A stretch of DNA of 32,000 bases from Candidatus Arthromitus sp. SFB-mouse-Japan (GTDB taxonomy: Bacteria; Bacillota; Clostridia; Clostridiales; Clostridiaceae), in contig NC_015913.1 in NCBI RefSeq assembly GCF_000270205.1, positions 1,500,001 to 1,532,000 of the forward strand, read 5' to 3'. Positions 21,451-30,985 of the stretch are shown here, piece by piece. A model generated the notes under the pieces. That model was not told the DNA's origin. It saw only the letters and a list, made by a program, of their open reading frames with translations, and did not search any database. The position numbers and the translations under genes were made by a program. Position 1 is the first letter of the stretch. Every line of letters starts with the position of its first letter.

Positions 21451-22159
21451 ACATTATAATACCTGCCGCTACAGAAACATTAAAAGAATCAATATTCCCG
21501 TACATCGGTATTTTAATTTTAATATCGCAGTGATTTAATAAATCTTCACCTATTCCCATTTCCTCATTTCCAATAATTAAAATTAATGGAAAATTATAAT
21601 TTATATCACATAAACTTGATGTAGAATCTAAACTTGTTGCAACAATTTTAAATCCCATATTTTTAAATTTAGATAAGACATTAATAATATTATTAATCCT
21701 ACAAATATTTAAATATGCTAATGATCCCATAGATGCCTTCCAAACAGTACTATTTATCCCACAGCTTCTTTTTTGAGGTATAATTACATTCTTTATTCCC
21801 ATAATTTCTGCAGTTCTCAATATAGATCCTAAGTTTCTTGGATCTTGTATACTATCTAAAATTAACACAATATCATTACTATTAGTATCGATATTATCTA
21901 TAATCTCGTTAATCTTAAAATATTTATATTCAGATATTTTAATCGCAATTCCTTGATGTACCCCATAATCACATAGAACATCCATATCACTATTATAAAT
22001 CTCTTTTATATTTATACATTTTTTTTTAGCATACTCCAATATACCTAAAATTTTATCCTTCTTCACATTCTTACTTATATATATGCTCTCCACCTTAATT
22101 TTACTATTCAAAACTTCTTGTACAACTCTTCTTCCATAAATAATACTCTCTTTTCCCAA
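21419..22159 (-). CDS. rlmB: SpoU/TrmH-family 23S rRNA 2'-O-ribose methyltransferase (RlmB/YacO-like)
   Basis: 246 aa with an N-terminal substrate-binding region (IYGRRVVQEVL), DSIQDPRNLGSILRTAE and IGNEEMGI SpoU motifs. TTG start 6 nt after AAGGAGAAGG. Confidence 0.88.
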   Translation of the reverse strand: MGKESIIYGRRVVQEVLNSKIKVESIYISKNVKKDKILGILEYAKKKCINIKEIYNSDMDVLCDYGVHQGIAIKISEYKYFKINEIIDNIDTNSNDIVLILDSIQDPRNLGSILRTAEIMGIKNVIIPQKRSCGINSTVWKASMGSLAYLNICRINNIINVLSKFKNMGFKIVATSLDSTSSLCDINYNFPLILIIGNEEMGIGEDLLNHCDIKIKIPMYGNIDSFNVSVAAGIIMYEIKNIQSRY

Positions 22160-22173
22160 AATTAACCTTCTCC

Positions 22174-22587
22174 TTAAATTAGTTTAAATATTTCATTAAA
22201 TATAAAATCCAATCTTTTAAAATTTCCAATCATGTATAAATAACCTATAACACTTTCCAATCCAGTTGCTATTTTATAATTTCCAATACCACAATTTTTA
22301 GGAATAGTTTTAATTCTACTATTCCTCCCTCTCTTAAAATAGTAAATCTCATTTTCTTTAAATATATCCTTTATTTTATAATAAATATTAGTTTGAAATT
22401 TAGCATTTACATATTTTATAACCTCTAAATGTAATTTATTAGAATCTATATGGCCAAATCTTTTTATAATATAATTCCTAAAATACATTTCATACACGCA
22501 ATCACCAATATATGCCACACTCAATATATTAAAATATTTCATCTTATCTTCATCATATACATATATACCTAATATACTCCAATCCAT
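22174..22587 (-). CDS. mrnC: Mini-ribonuclease 3 (Mini-III)
   Basis: 137 aa, ...LSVAYIGDCVYEMYFRNY...KRGRNSRIKTIPKN...ATGLESVIGYLY matches the Mini-III (YazC) signature. Synteny cysS-mrnC-rlmB. Confidence 0.88.
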   Translation of the reverse strand: MDWSILGIYVYDEDKMKYFNILSVAYIGDCVYEMYFRNYIIKRFGHIDSNKLHLEVIKYVNAKFQTNIYYKIKDIFKENEIYYFKRGRNSRIKTIPKNCGIGNYKIATGLESVIGYLYMIGNFKRLDFIFNEIFKLI

Positions 22588-22615
22588 TAATACCCCACAT
22601 TTACATAAAAATAAC

Positions 22616-24040
22616 TTATAATAAAACTGTATATATCAAATTATTATCATTTGTATCTAAAATTCTTGTTCCACCTTTTATATCTTCCAATATATACCCC
22701 TTTTTTTCTAATTCAGACCTTATTAGATCTGATTTATCAAATTGCCTTTTTTGTTTAAATTCAAGCCTCTGTATTACCATATCCTTTATATCATCTTCTA
22801 AATTTTTACAATCAACATTATTATCATCATATTCTAAACCAAAAATATCAAAAAAAATTTTAAAAATTTTAATACTTTCCATTACTTCTAATCTATTAAA
22901 ACTATTTGCAAACCTATTAATATATTTAATAAATTCAAAAATTACTGATATTGCATCTGAAGTATTAAAATCATCCTCCATTTTATTTATAAATTTAGCA
23001 TAATATTTTTTGATCTCATCTAAATAATTATCACTATCAGCATTATTACAAGATTTAATATTTATCAAATTAACATATGATTTTTTTATCCTAGCTAATG
23101 ATTTTTTAGCAGATTCCATATGTAAATTACTAAACGAAATATTATTTCTATAATGAACTGACAACAAAAAAAATCTTATAACGTTAGGATTATAAACATT
23201 TAAAACTTCTCTAACTGTTAAAAAATTACCTAATGATTTAGACATTTTCTCATTATTCATATTCAGAAAAGAACAATGCATCCAATAATTAGCCAATTTT
23301 TTATTTCCCAATGCTTCAATTTGTGCTATTTCATTTTCATGATGTGGAAATATTAAATCCATACCTCCACCATGTATATCAATAGTATTGCCATCAAAAT
23401 ATTTATATATCATAGAACAACATTCTGTGTGCCAACCAGGCCTTCCTACACCCCAAGGAGAATTGTATCCAGGCTCTTCCCCCTTATTTTTCTTCCATAA
23501 TATAAAATCCAACGCATCTTTTTTATTTTCATTTATTTTTATTCTAGATCCAGATTTTAATGTATTTAAATCTTGCCCAAATAATTTTCCGTAACTTCTA
23601 AATTCCCTAATAGAAAAATAAACATTTCCATCTATTTCATAAGCAAATCTATTGTCCATTAGCTCTGATATCAATTCAATTATTTCATTTAAGTAATCAG
23701 TTGCTCTAGGATTTTGAGTTGCTCTTTTTATATTTAAACTATCGGAATCAATATAATACTCCTCTATATATTTATCAGAAATTTCATATATAGTCTTATT
23801 TTCTTGTAAAGATTTATTTATTATTTTATCATCTATATCAGTAAAATTTTGTATGAAATTTACTGAGTATCCCTTGTATTCAAGATAACGTCTAACACAA
23901 TCAAAAAATATAAATGTTCTAGCATTGCCTATATGAAATAAATCGTAAACAGTAGGTCCACAAACATACATATTTATAATATCTTTATTGATTGGTTTGA
24001 ACTCTTCCTTAGATCTAGTTAATGTATTAAATATTTTCAT
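22616..24040 (-). CDS. cysS: Cysteine--tRNA ligase
   Basis: 474 aa with CGPTVYDLFHIGNART (HIGH), WHTECC and KMSKSLGN (KMSKS) motifs. It starts 12 nt after the ispD stop. Confidence 0.97.
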   Translation of the reverse strand: MKIFNTLTRSKEEFKPINKDIINMYVCGPTVYDLFHIGNARTFIFFDCVRRYLEYKGYSVNFIQNFTDIDDKIINKSLQENKTIYEISDKYIEEYYIDSDSLNIKRATQNPRATDYLNEIIELISELMDNRFAYEIDGNVYFSIREFRSYGKLFGQDLNTLKSGSRIKINENKKDALDFILWKKNKGEEPGYNSPWGVGRPGWHTECCSMIYKYFDGNTIDIHGGGMDLIFPHHENEIAQIEALGNKKLANYWMHCSFLNMNNEKMSKSLGNFLTVREVLNVYNPNVIRFFLLSVHYRNNISFSNLHMESAKKSLARIKKSYVNLINIKSCNNADSDNYLDEIKKYYAKFINKMEDDFNTSDAISVIFEFIKYINRFANSFNRLEVMESIKIFKIFFDIFGLEYDDNNVDCKNLEDDIKDMVIQRLEFKQKRQFDKSDLIRSELEKKGYILEDIKGGTRILDTNDNNLIYTVLL

Positions 24041-24052
24041 TATATAACTCTC

Positions 24053-24736
24053 CTAAAATACTTTCTGAATCGATTCTCCAATATAAATATCTTCTCGACT
24101 TGTTATTTTAATATTAAATCTATTTCCTAAATAAAAATATGTCCTTTCTCCAATTAGATCTAGAGCACTACTCTCATCATTTATAATTATTCCATGTTGC
24201 TTTACATACTTATACGCAGAAACCAACTTACTTTTCTCAAAGCACTGAGGTGTTTGAATTACCAATAAATTTTCCCTATTCAAAGTTTTAATTTCACCAT
24301 TATAATTAATTTTTATTGTATCATTAGAAGTTATATAACATGATGCGGCACCATATTCATACGCATATTTAATTGCATCATCTATACATTCTTTAGTTAA
24401 AAATGGTCTGGCAGCATCATGTATTAAAACGTACTTGCCTTTAACGATATTCAATGCGTTATACACAGAATCTTGCCTATTATCACCACCAACTACTATT
24501 GTTATTTTATTACTGTCAAAAAACCATTTATCAATTATATTTTTTTGGCAATATTCTACATAAATATCTTCTAAAACTAAATATATATTCTCTATACCCT
24601 CATTATTTAAAATACTATTTAAAGAATAATATAATATAGGTTTATCATTAATTTCCATAAATTGTTTACTTATTCCCGAATTCATACGTCTCGACCTACC
24701 AGCTGCCAAAAGTATACAATCAGATTTTTTATACAT
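24053..24736 (-). CDS. ispD: 2-C-methyl-D-erythritol 4-phosphate cytidylyltransferase
   Basis: 227 aa with LLAAGRSRRM (P-loop-like AAGxGxRM), VLIHDAARPF and VIQTPQCF motifs of IspD. TGGAGAT RBS. Confidence 0.92.
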   Translation of the reverse strand: MYKKSDCILLAAGRSRRMNSGISKQFMEINDKPILYYSLNSILNNEGIENIYLVLEDIYVEYCQKNIIDKWFFDSNKITIVVGGDNRQDSVYNALNIVKGKYVLIHDAARPFLTKECIDDAIKYAYEYGAASCYITSNDTIKINYNGEIKTLNRENLLVIQTPQCFEKSKLVSAYKYVKQHGIIINDESSALDLIGERTYFYLGNRFNIKITSREDIYIGESIQKVF

Positions 24737-24781
24737 TTAACCAATCTCCAAAAGTTAATATTTAAATTAATATTTAAGTTT

Positions 24782-24811
24782 ATTATAATCATATTTCCCA
24801 CTAATTGGCAA
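24782..24811 (-). promoter_or_regulatory. Candidate sigma-A promoter of ispD-cysS-...-sigH: TTGCCA, 18-nt spacer, TATAAT
   Basis: On the minus strand, -35 TTGCCA (24811..24806), an 18-nt spacer, then a perfect -10 TATAAT (24787..24782). It lies between the clpC terminator and the ispD ATG. Confidence 0.55.
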
Positions 24812-24828
24812 TTTTTTTTAAAATAATT

Positions 24829-24857
24829 AAAGATATAGTTAAAACAACTATATCTTT
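24829..24857 (-). terminator. Rho-independent terminator at the end of clpC
   Basis: 12-bp perfect stem, aaagatatagtt (24829..24840) paired with aactatatcttt (24846..24857), with a 5-nt loop. It overlaps the clpC stop codon by 2 nt. On the minus strand aauuauuuu follows. Confidence 0.55.
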
Positions 24858-27294
24858 ATGTATTTTTTATATAACAAATCTTATCATCCTTTAATATAAC
24901 TTCCACACTATCATTAGCCTTAATGTTCCCTAATAATATTTGATCAGATAAACTATCCTCAATATACTTAGTTATTGACCTTCTCAATGGTCTAGCTCCA
25001 TATTTTTCACTTGAGCTATTCTCAAGTATATAATTTTTAACATCATCATTAAAATTAATTATTATATTCTGATTTAATACTCTTGATTTAAAATCATCTA
25101 ACATCTTATCCAATATTTTTACAAGACTCTTTTTATCTAATGGCTTAAATACTATTATATCATCTAATCTATTTAAAAACTCAGGTCTAAAACTTTTCTT
25201 GAGCTCACTCAAAACATTATCCTTAATTTTATTATAAACTTCTTCATCACCATTCTTATGATTAACAAATCCCAAAGATGAATCTTTATTAATAATATTT
25301 GCACCTATATTTGAAGTTAATATTATTATTGTATTTTTAAAACTAATTTTTTTGCCATTCGAATCAGTTAAATGACCATCTTCTAAAATTTGCAACATTA
25401 TATTAAATATATCTGGATGAGCCTTCTCTATTTCATCAAATAATATAATAGAATATGGAGATCTTCTTACCTTTTCCGTTAATTGTCCTCCTTCTTGAAA
25501 TCCAACATATCCCGGAGGTGATCCTATAATTTTTGATACTGTATGCTTTTCCATAAATTCAGACATATCAAATCTTATAATATTATCTTCACTCCCAAAA
25601 ACAGCATCTGCTAAAGCCTTACACAACTCAGTTTTACCAACTCCAGTAGGGCCTAAAAATATAAATGATCCAATAGGTCTTTTAGGATCCTTCAATCCAA
25701 CACGTCCACGTTTAACAGCTCTGGCAACAGATATAACAGCTTCATTTTGATCTATAACTCTACTCCTCAATATATCATCTAATTTTAATAATTTCTCAGA
25801 CTCTGTATGTGTTAATTTCTCAACAGGTATTTTAGTCCAACTAGCTACAACAGATGCCAATTCTTGCTCAGTAAGTATAAATTCCTTATCATATTTTTCA
25901 ACTTTCCACTTCTCTTTTGAATTTTCTAATCTTTCTTTAAGCTTCTGTTCTTTATCTCTAAGAGATGCGGCTTTTTCAAAATCTTCCAAAGTTATTGCTT
26001 CTTGTTTCTCCTTACCAACTTTTGCTATCTCTTCCTCTATTTCCTTAACTTCAATAGGAACCGTCAAATTTCTAACTCTTATTTTAGCTGATGCCTCATC
26101 TATTAAATCTATAGCTTTATCTGGTAAATATCTATCTGGAATAAATCTAACTGATAAACTAACTGCAAATTTTATAGCTTCATCAGTGATTTTAACTTTA
26201 TGATGCGTTTCATATTTATCTCTTATACCTATCAATATATCTATAGTTTCATTTTCATTAGGTTCTCCAACAAATATAGGCTGAAATCTCCGCTCAAGAG
26301 CCGTATCTTTTTCTATATACTTTCTATACTCATCAATAGTTGTAGCCCCTATACATTGTATTTCACCTCTAGCCAAAGCAGGTTTCAATATATTAGATGC
26401 GTCTATTGCCCCCTCAGCTCCACCTGCACCAATTATAGTATGTATCTCATCTATAAATAAAATTATATTCCTAGACCTCTTTATCTCTTCCATTATTTTT
26501 TTTAATCTTTCTTCAAACTCACCCCTATATTTTGTTCCTGCAATTAAAGACGATAAATCTAAAGTTATAACACGTTTATTTTTTAATATTTCCGGAATAT
26601 TGCCTTCTATTATTTTCTGTGCCAAACCCTCAATAATAGCAGTTTTACCCACACCAGGATCACCTATCAAGCATGGATTATTTTTTATTCTTCGACATAA
26701 TATTTCAAGAACCCTCTGTGTTTCTGTATCTCTTCCGATAACAGGATCCAATTTGCCTTCATTAGCCAGTTTAGTAAGATCTCTACCATGCTGATCTAAC
26801 ACAGGAGTCGGTAGATTTTTAAGTTGTTGCTCTTTTTCATGTGGATTTTGCACATCAATTGTAACATTTAATGCATTTATAGTTTGATTCCATATTTTTA
26901 CTACAGATACACCCTTTTTATCCAATATCTTATACGCAACTCCATCAGGTTCATTTATGATAGCCAATAATATATGCTCAGGTGATACGTGATTATGACC
27001 CAGTTTCTTAGCCTCATCTATGCTGCTTTCTATAACTTTTTTAGTTCTAGGTGTCAATGGTATTTCACTATTCTTTATCTCTATCTCTCCTGGAGACAAT
27101 ATAGTTCTAATTTCTTTAAAAATATCATCATAATATACATCAAATGAATTCAGTATCTTCTGTGCAGGACCATCTTCTCTTAATAATCCTAATAATATAT
27201 GCTCTGTTCCTATAAAACCATGTCCTAATTTTAATGCATCATCACCAGAATAACTAATAACTTTTCTAGCCCTTTCAGTCAATTTTTCAAACAT
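24856..27294 (-). CDS. clpC: ATP-dependent Clp protease ATP-binding subunit ClpC
   Basis: 812 aa with the duplicated Clp N-domain, two AAA+ modules (GDPGVGKT and GPTGVGKT Walker A) and a central UVR-like linker. It directly follows mcsB. Confidence 0.98.
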   Translation of the reverse strand: MFEKLTERARKVISYSGDDALKLGHGFIGTEHILLGLLREDGPAQKILNSFDVYYDDIFKEIRTILSPGEIEIKNSEIPLTPRTKKVIESSIDEAKKLGHNHVSPEHILLAIINEPDGVAYKILDKKGVSVVKIWNQTINALNVTIDVQNPHEKEQQLKNLPTPVLDQHGRDLTKLANEGKLDPVIGRDTETQRVLEILCRRIKNNPCLIGDPGVGKTAIIEGLAQKIIEGNIPEILKNKRVITLDLSSLIAGTKYRGEFEERLKKIMEEIKRSRNIILFIDEIHTIIGAGGAEGAIDASNILKPALARGEIQCIGATTIDEYRKYIEKDTALERRFQPIFVGEPNENETIDILIGIRDKYETHHKVKITDEAIKFAVSLSVRFIPDRYLPDKAIDLIDEASAKIRVRNLTVPIEVKEIEEEIAKVGKEKQEAITLEDFEKAASLRDKEQKLKERLENSKEKWKVEKYDKEFILTEQELASVVASWTKIPVEKLTHTESEKLLKLDDILRSRVIDQNEAVISVARAVKRGRVGLKDPKRPIGSFIFLGPTGVGKTELCKALADAVFGSEDNIIRFDMSEFMEKHTVSKIIGSPPGYVGFQEGGQLTEKVRRSPYSIILFDEIEKAHPDIFNIMLQILEDGHLTDSNGKKISFKNTIIILTSNIGANIINKDSSLGFVNHKNGDEEVYNKIKDNVLSELKKSFRPEFLNRLDDIIVFKPLDKKSLVKILDKMLDDFKSRVLNQNIIINFNDDVKNYILENSSSEKYGARPLRRSITKYIEDSLSDQILLGNIKANDSVEVILKDDKICYIKNT

Positions 27295-27310
27295 TAAACT
27301 ACCACCTTTC

Positions 27311-28345
27311 TTAATTTTTATCTATTATCTCTATATTCTTAATGGAATTCCTCAAAAATTTAGCTCTCTCAATATCTCTTTCCTTAGAATTCATCTTATT
27401 ATTTACATCAGATTGTAAAGATGCTGGTTGACAACCTATCAGTATCTTATTCATACAAATATTAGAGCTTAATAAGCCTTCTTCAATGCCAAATCTTATA
27501 TACGATAAATATTCTAAAGCTTCCTTAGATGTTATAGAATAACAATTACCCAATATACCAACACTCCTAAATATTTTATCCTTTATCTCAATTCCGAAAT
27601 CATTAAATAATGACTTTCTAACATTACATTCTTTATCTACTAATTCATTCACTATGGCATGTAAATTATTCAATATATCTTTCTCGCTCACACCTAACGT
27701 TATCTGATTAGATACCTGATAGATATTCCCATCTATCTTGCTACCCTCCCCATAAAGTCCTCTTATAGTCATACCAATTTGAGTTAAAGCCTTATACACT
27801 TTTGATATTTGATCAGTCATAGAAAGTGCAGGTAAATGCATCATAACTGATGCTCTCATCCCAGTTCCTAAATTAGTAGGACATGTGGTTAAATATCCTA
27901 TCTTTTCACTAAAAGCATAATCTAGCTTTTCCTCTATAAAATCATCCAATTTCATAGCTTCATCAAATGCCTCTTTAAGATTATATCCAGAATTAAAAAA
28001 CTGCATTCTTAAATGATCTTCCTCATTAGCCATTATACTAATAGTCTGATCTTCATTTATAAAACAAGCACTCTTAGTAGAAAATTTAATTAAATCATTA
28101 CTTATCAAATGTTTCTCCAATAACACATTATTATCTATATAGTCTTGGTCATTCAATTTTATTTTCTTAAAACTATATTCATAACCAGATAATCCTCTTT
28201 CAATTTTATCTATCACAGCAATTGCATTATCATCATCTAATTTATGAGGAAAATTTATGCCTTTTAAATTTCTAGCTAATCTAATCCTACTGCTCAAGAT
28301 AAAATTATTATAACTGTCCGATGAATTAATCCAATTAGTTAACAT
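27311..28345 (-). CDS. mcsB: Protein arginine kinase McsB
   Basis: 344 aa of the ATP:guanido phosphotransferase family with NEEDHLRMQ and CPTNLGTGMRASVMMHLPAL signatures. The ATG immediately follows the mcsA stop (TAGATG). Confidence 0.95.
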   Translation of the reverse strand: MLTNWINSSDSYNNFILSSRIRLARNLKGINFPHKLDDDNAIAVIDKIERGLSGYEYSFKKIKLNDQDYIDNNVLLEKHLISNDLIKFSTKSACFINEDQTISIMANEEDHLRMQFFNSGYNLKEAFDEAMKLDDFIEEKLDYAFSEKIGYLTTCPTNLGTGMRASVMMHLPALSMTDQISKVYKALTQIGMTIRGLYGEGSKIDGNIYQVSNQITLGVSEKDILNNLHAIVNELVDKECNVRKSLFNDFGIEIKDKIFRSVGILGNCYSITSKEALEYLSYIRFGIEEGLLSSNICMNKILIGCQPASLQSDVNNKMNSKERDIERAKFLRNSIKNIEIIDKN

Positions 28346-28879
28346 CTAATCTTCCTCCTTAATTTTACTTTCTATACTCCTTATACTATCTCTTAATTCT
28401 GCTGCTTTCTCATATTCTTCCGATAAAATAGCCTTTTGTAATTTATCTTTTAAAATAATCAATTCCCTTTTAATAATTACATCATATCCACATCTAGAAG
28501 GTATTTTCCCTATGTGTTCTGAACTTTTTTGAACTCTTTTTATAAAAATAGTCAGTATTTTTATAAACTGATTATAGCATTCATCACATCCTAACAAACC
28601 ACTATTTTTAAACTCAGCATAAGTTGTACCACAATTCATACATTTAGAATCATTTATTTTTATTACTGATGATTGCTGATTATTATTAAAATACTCTAAC
28701 AATCCTCCCAAAATATTTAAAGAAAATGCATCTTCAACATTTACCATATAATTTAAATTAAACTCTCCAAGCTCCTTTGCACATTTCTCACATATATTTA
28801 GTTCCTTTTTTATCCCATCAAAAACCTTAATTATGTGGACATTTGCTTTATACTTATTACACCTCTCACATCTATCCAA
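28346..28879 (-). CDS. mcsA: McsA, activator of the protein arginine kinase (zinc-finger/UVR-domain protein)
   Basis: 177 aa with two CxxC...CxxC pairs (CERC...CEKC and CMNC...CDEC) and a C-terminal UVR motif (EEYEKAAELRDSIRSIE). TTG start 5 nt after GAGGTG. Confidence 0.9.
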   Translation of the reverse strand: MDRCERCNKYKANVHIIKVFDGIKKELNICEKCAKELGEFNLNYMVNVEDAFSLNILGGLLEYFNNNQQSSVIKINDSKCMNCGTTYAEFKNSGLLGCDECYNQFIKILTIFIKRVQKSSEHIGKIPSRCGYDVIIKRELIILKDKLQKAILSEEYEKAAELRDSIRSIESKIKEED

Positions 28880-28947
28880 AATATCACCTCTAAAATATAC
28901 TATTACTCTTATTCTTATATTATCAATATATATATCTATTTAAACAT

Positions 28948-28956
28948 ATTTTAACA
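28948..28956 (-). promoter_or_regulatory. Tentative extended -10 element (TGtTAAAAT) for mcsA-mcsB-clpC
   Basis: On the minus strand TGtTAAAAT lies about 70 nt upstream of the mcsA start. There is no credible -35; the upstream hexamer is the terminator T tract. No other well-placed promoter was found. Confidence 0.3.
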
Positions 28957-28970
28957 TAATTACTAATTTT

Positions 28971-29003
28971 AAAAAAATAACAGAGGGTAAATTTCCTCTG
29001 TTA
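28971..29003 (-). terminator. Strong rho-independent terminator after the ferredoxin gene
   Basis: 9-bp stem, taacagagg (28978..28986) paired with cctctgtta (28995..29003), with an 8-nt loop. On the minus strand a run of 7 U follows immediately (plus-strand a7 at 28971..28977). It starts 7 nt after the stop codon. Confidence 0.8.
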
Positions 29004-29009
29004 CCTTAA

Positions 29010-29183
29010 CTATTCTTGGCTTATAGCACTAACAGGACATACACCTGCACAAGTTCCACAATCTATACATTCTTCTGGATTTATCTTATATCTCCCATCA
29101 TGCTTTTGAGATATACACATAACAGGACAATCTGCTGCACAAGTTCCACATCCTATACACTCATCACTAATATTAAAAGCCAT
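29010..29183 (-). CDS. fdx: Clostridial-type 2x[4Fe-4S] ferredoxin (start trimmed; 57 aa)
   Basis: MAFNISDECIGCGTCAADCPV...ECIDCGTCAGVCPV contains two CxxCxxCxxxCP clusters. The ATG at 29183 lies 7 nt after GGAGGT; the track start is a TTG overlapping the SD. Confidence 0.93.
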   Translation of the reverse strand: MAFNISDECIGCGTCAADCPVMCISQKHDGRYKINPEECIDCGTCAGVCPVSAISQE

Positions 29184-29292
29184 CAAAAATACCTCCAAAA
29201 ATTATATATAATAAATTTAAATTTATCCATATATAATCTATAATACTATATTTTAACTACTAATAAAATATTTTTTGATCAATTTTAAACTT

Positions 29293-30162
29293 TTATAGAA
29301 TATCATTTATAAAATAATTCGTATTGTTATCATTATCCCTGCTATTTTTAAAAATACACTCTTTTATATCACTAATATCTATATCTCTCACAATCTCTTC
29401 ATCCTGATCAACAATAATCTTAACTTTAATTCTTTCTTTCAATATACTTAATCCTATAACTTCAGCTCTACCAAAACTAGTATCAACTATACTGCCAATC
29501 TTAGGCATATTCTTCTTTATATCATCATATGTATCCTGCTCATACTTTAAACAGCACATTAATCTACCACACATACCAGATATTTTACTTGGATTTAATG
29601 ATAATTCTTGTTCTTTTGCCATTTTTATAGATACAGATGTAAAATCACCAAGAAAGGTCGAACAACATAATGTCCTTCCACAAGTACCTATCCCACCAAC
29701 ACTTTTAGCTTCATCTCTTACACCAATTTGTCTCAATTCTATTCTAACCTTAAAAATTGAAGCAAGAATTTTAACTAAATCTCTAAAATCAACCCTACCT
29801 TCTGCAATAAAATAAAAAATTATTTTATTATTATCAAAAGTGTACTCAACTTCAATTAGATTCATTTTTAAATTAAGTTCTCTTATTTTATCATTTGCTA
29901 TACTAAAAGCTTCCTTTTCCTTCCTTTTATTTTCATAATAAATGCTCTCGTCTTCTCTTGTCGCAATTCTTATACATTTTTTTAAAGGATTGTTTAAATC
30001 CTCATCATTAACATACTTCATTCCTATAACACACTTACTATACTCAATACCTCTCGATGTTTCAACAATAACATTATCTCCAACTTTTACCTCAAATTCC
30101 TCACATGAAAAATAATATATCTTACCAACATCTTTAAATCTAGCTCCTATTACGCATCTCAT
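29293..30162 (-). CDS. ricT: PSP1-domain protein YaaT/RicT (stage 0 sporulation / RNase Y regulatory complex subunit)
   Basis: 289 aa, ...VIVETSRGIEYSKCV...FYFIAEGRVDFRDLVKILASIFKVRIELRQIGVRDEAK..GGIGTCGRTLCC..FL..F..VSIKMAKEQ.LSLNP.KISG.CGRLMCCLKYE is typical of PSP1/YaaT. Its ATG overlaps the holB stop by 1 nt (TGATG). Confidence 0.9.
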   Translation of the reverse strand: MRCVIGARFKDVGKIYYFSCEEFEVKVGDNVIVETSRGIEYSKCVIGMKYVNDEDLNNPLKKCIRIATREDESIYYENKRKEKEAFSIANDKIRELNLKMNLIEVEYTFDNNKIIFYFIAEGRVDFRDLVKILASIFKVRIELRQIGVRDEAKSVGGIGTCGRTLCCSTFLGDFTSVSIKMAKEQELSLNPSKISGMCGRLMCCLKYEQDTYDDIKKNMPKIGSIVDTSFGRAEVIGLSILKERIKVKIIVDQDEEIVRDIDISDIKECIFKNSRDNDNNTNYFINDIL

Positions 30163-30980
30163 CAGTCTCCTCCAATCCTAAATATAAATAACCTAAGACT
30201 TAATCCAAAATTAATATTTAAATTAACCCTAGATTTAAATTTCTCTAACTCAAAAATACTTTTATCTATATTAAAATAATTTAACAAATTACCTAACTCT
30301 AAAATATATCCTAAAAATTTATCATTAGAAATTATATCAGTATCTTTCATTTTAATATATATAAATAAATCCCTAATAAATATGTACATCATATCCGTTA
30401 TTAAATCCAATTTATTTTTATATGCAACTAAACTATTAATATTTTCGCTGAAATTATTAAACTTAAACATTCTAAAATTAATTAATGAATTTATTAATAA
30501 TTCATATATTTTTTCAGAATCTTCTCCACCATATATACGTCCAAAATTATTCTCGCTAGATTTTAAAATTGAATTGAAATTAATAACTATGCACCTAGAT
30601 ATTATTGTATCCAAAATTTTATTAATATCATTAAGAATCAATACTATAAATACATTTTTACTTTGATCTTCCAGTGTTTTTAAAATAGCATTCTGAGCTT
30701 CCACACTCATTCTCTCAGAATTACTTATTAAGACTACTTTATTTTTATGATAAATAGACTTTTTAATCACCTCAGATTTAATAAACCTAATATCATTTAT
30801 AGTAATAGATTTAATGTTATTTCCCAAAAATATTATACTGTCCATAATATTTGTTTTACTTCCAATAACCCTATATGCAAATTCCAAGGAAAATTTATTT
30901 ATTAACTCTATATCATCACCAAAAAAAATATATGATTGTGATAATCCTAAGTTATTAAAAATTTCATCTAATATCTTCAT
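30162..30980 (-). CDS. holB: DNA polymerase III delta' subunit (short, with a degenerate P-loop)
   Basis: 272 aa with a clamp-loader AAA+-like core: KVVLISNSERMSVEAQNAILKTLEDQ (sensor/box VII region) and ISRCIVINF (SRC motif). Synteny tmk-holB-yaaT. No GxxGxGK. Confidence 0.8.
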   Translation of the reverse strand: MKILDEIFNNLGLSQSYIFFGDDIELINKFSLEFAYRVIGSKTNIMDSIIFLGNNIKSITINDIRFIKSEVIKKSIYHKNKVVLISNSERMSVEAQNAILKTLEDQSKNVFIVLILNDINKILDTIISRCIVINFNSILKSSENNFGRIYGGEDSEKIYELLINSLINFRMFKFNNFSENINSLVAYKNKLDLITDMMYIFIRDLFIYIKMKDTDIISNDKFLGYILELGNLLNYFNIDKSIFELEKFKSRVNLNINFGLSLRLFIFRIGGD

Positions 30981-30985
30981 AATAT

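Noticed and set aside
28880-29009. Searched for a CtsR operator (GGTCAAA direct repeat) or CIRCE element upstream of mcsA, and considered TTGATA-18-TAGTAT as the promoter.
   Set aside because: No GGTCAAA/TTTGACC heptad and no CIRCE-like inverted repeat is present. The TTGATA/TAGTAT pair would place the transcription start inside the mcsA SD, so it is unlikely to be the functional promoter.
29201-29229. TGGATA-17-TATAAT as the promoter for the ferredoxin gene.
   Set aside because: The -10 hexamer ends only 4 nt from the SD (29191..29196), so the transcript would start within or after the ribosome-binding site. AT-rich DNA produces many TATAAT-like strings. I could not support any alternative, so no ferredoxin promoter is called.
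30162-30980. holB as a pseudogene, because of its short length and missing P-loop.
   Set aside because: The ORF is intact and tightly coupled on both sides: 5 nt after tmk and a 1-nt overlap with yaaT. It also retains the SRC and sensor motifs. Divergent but functional is more likely.
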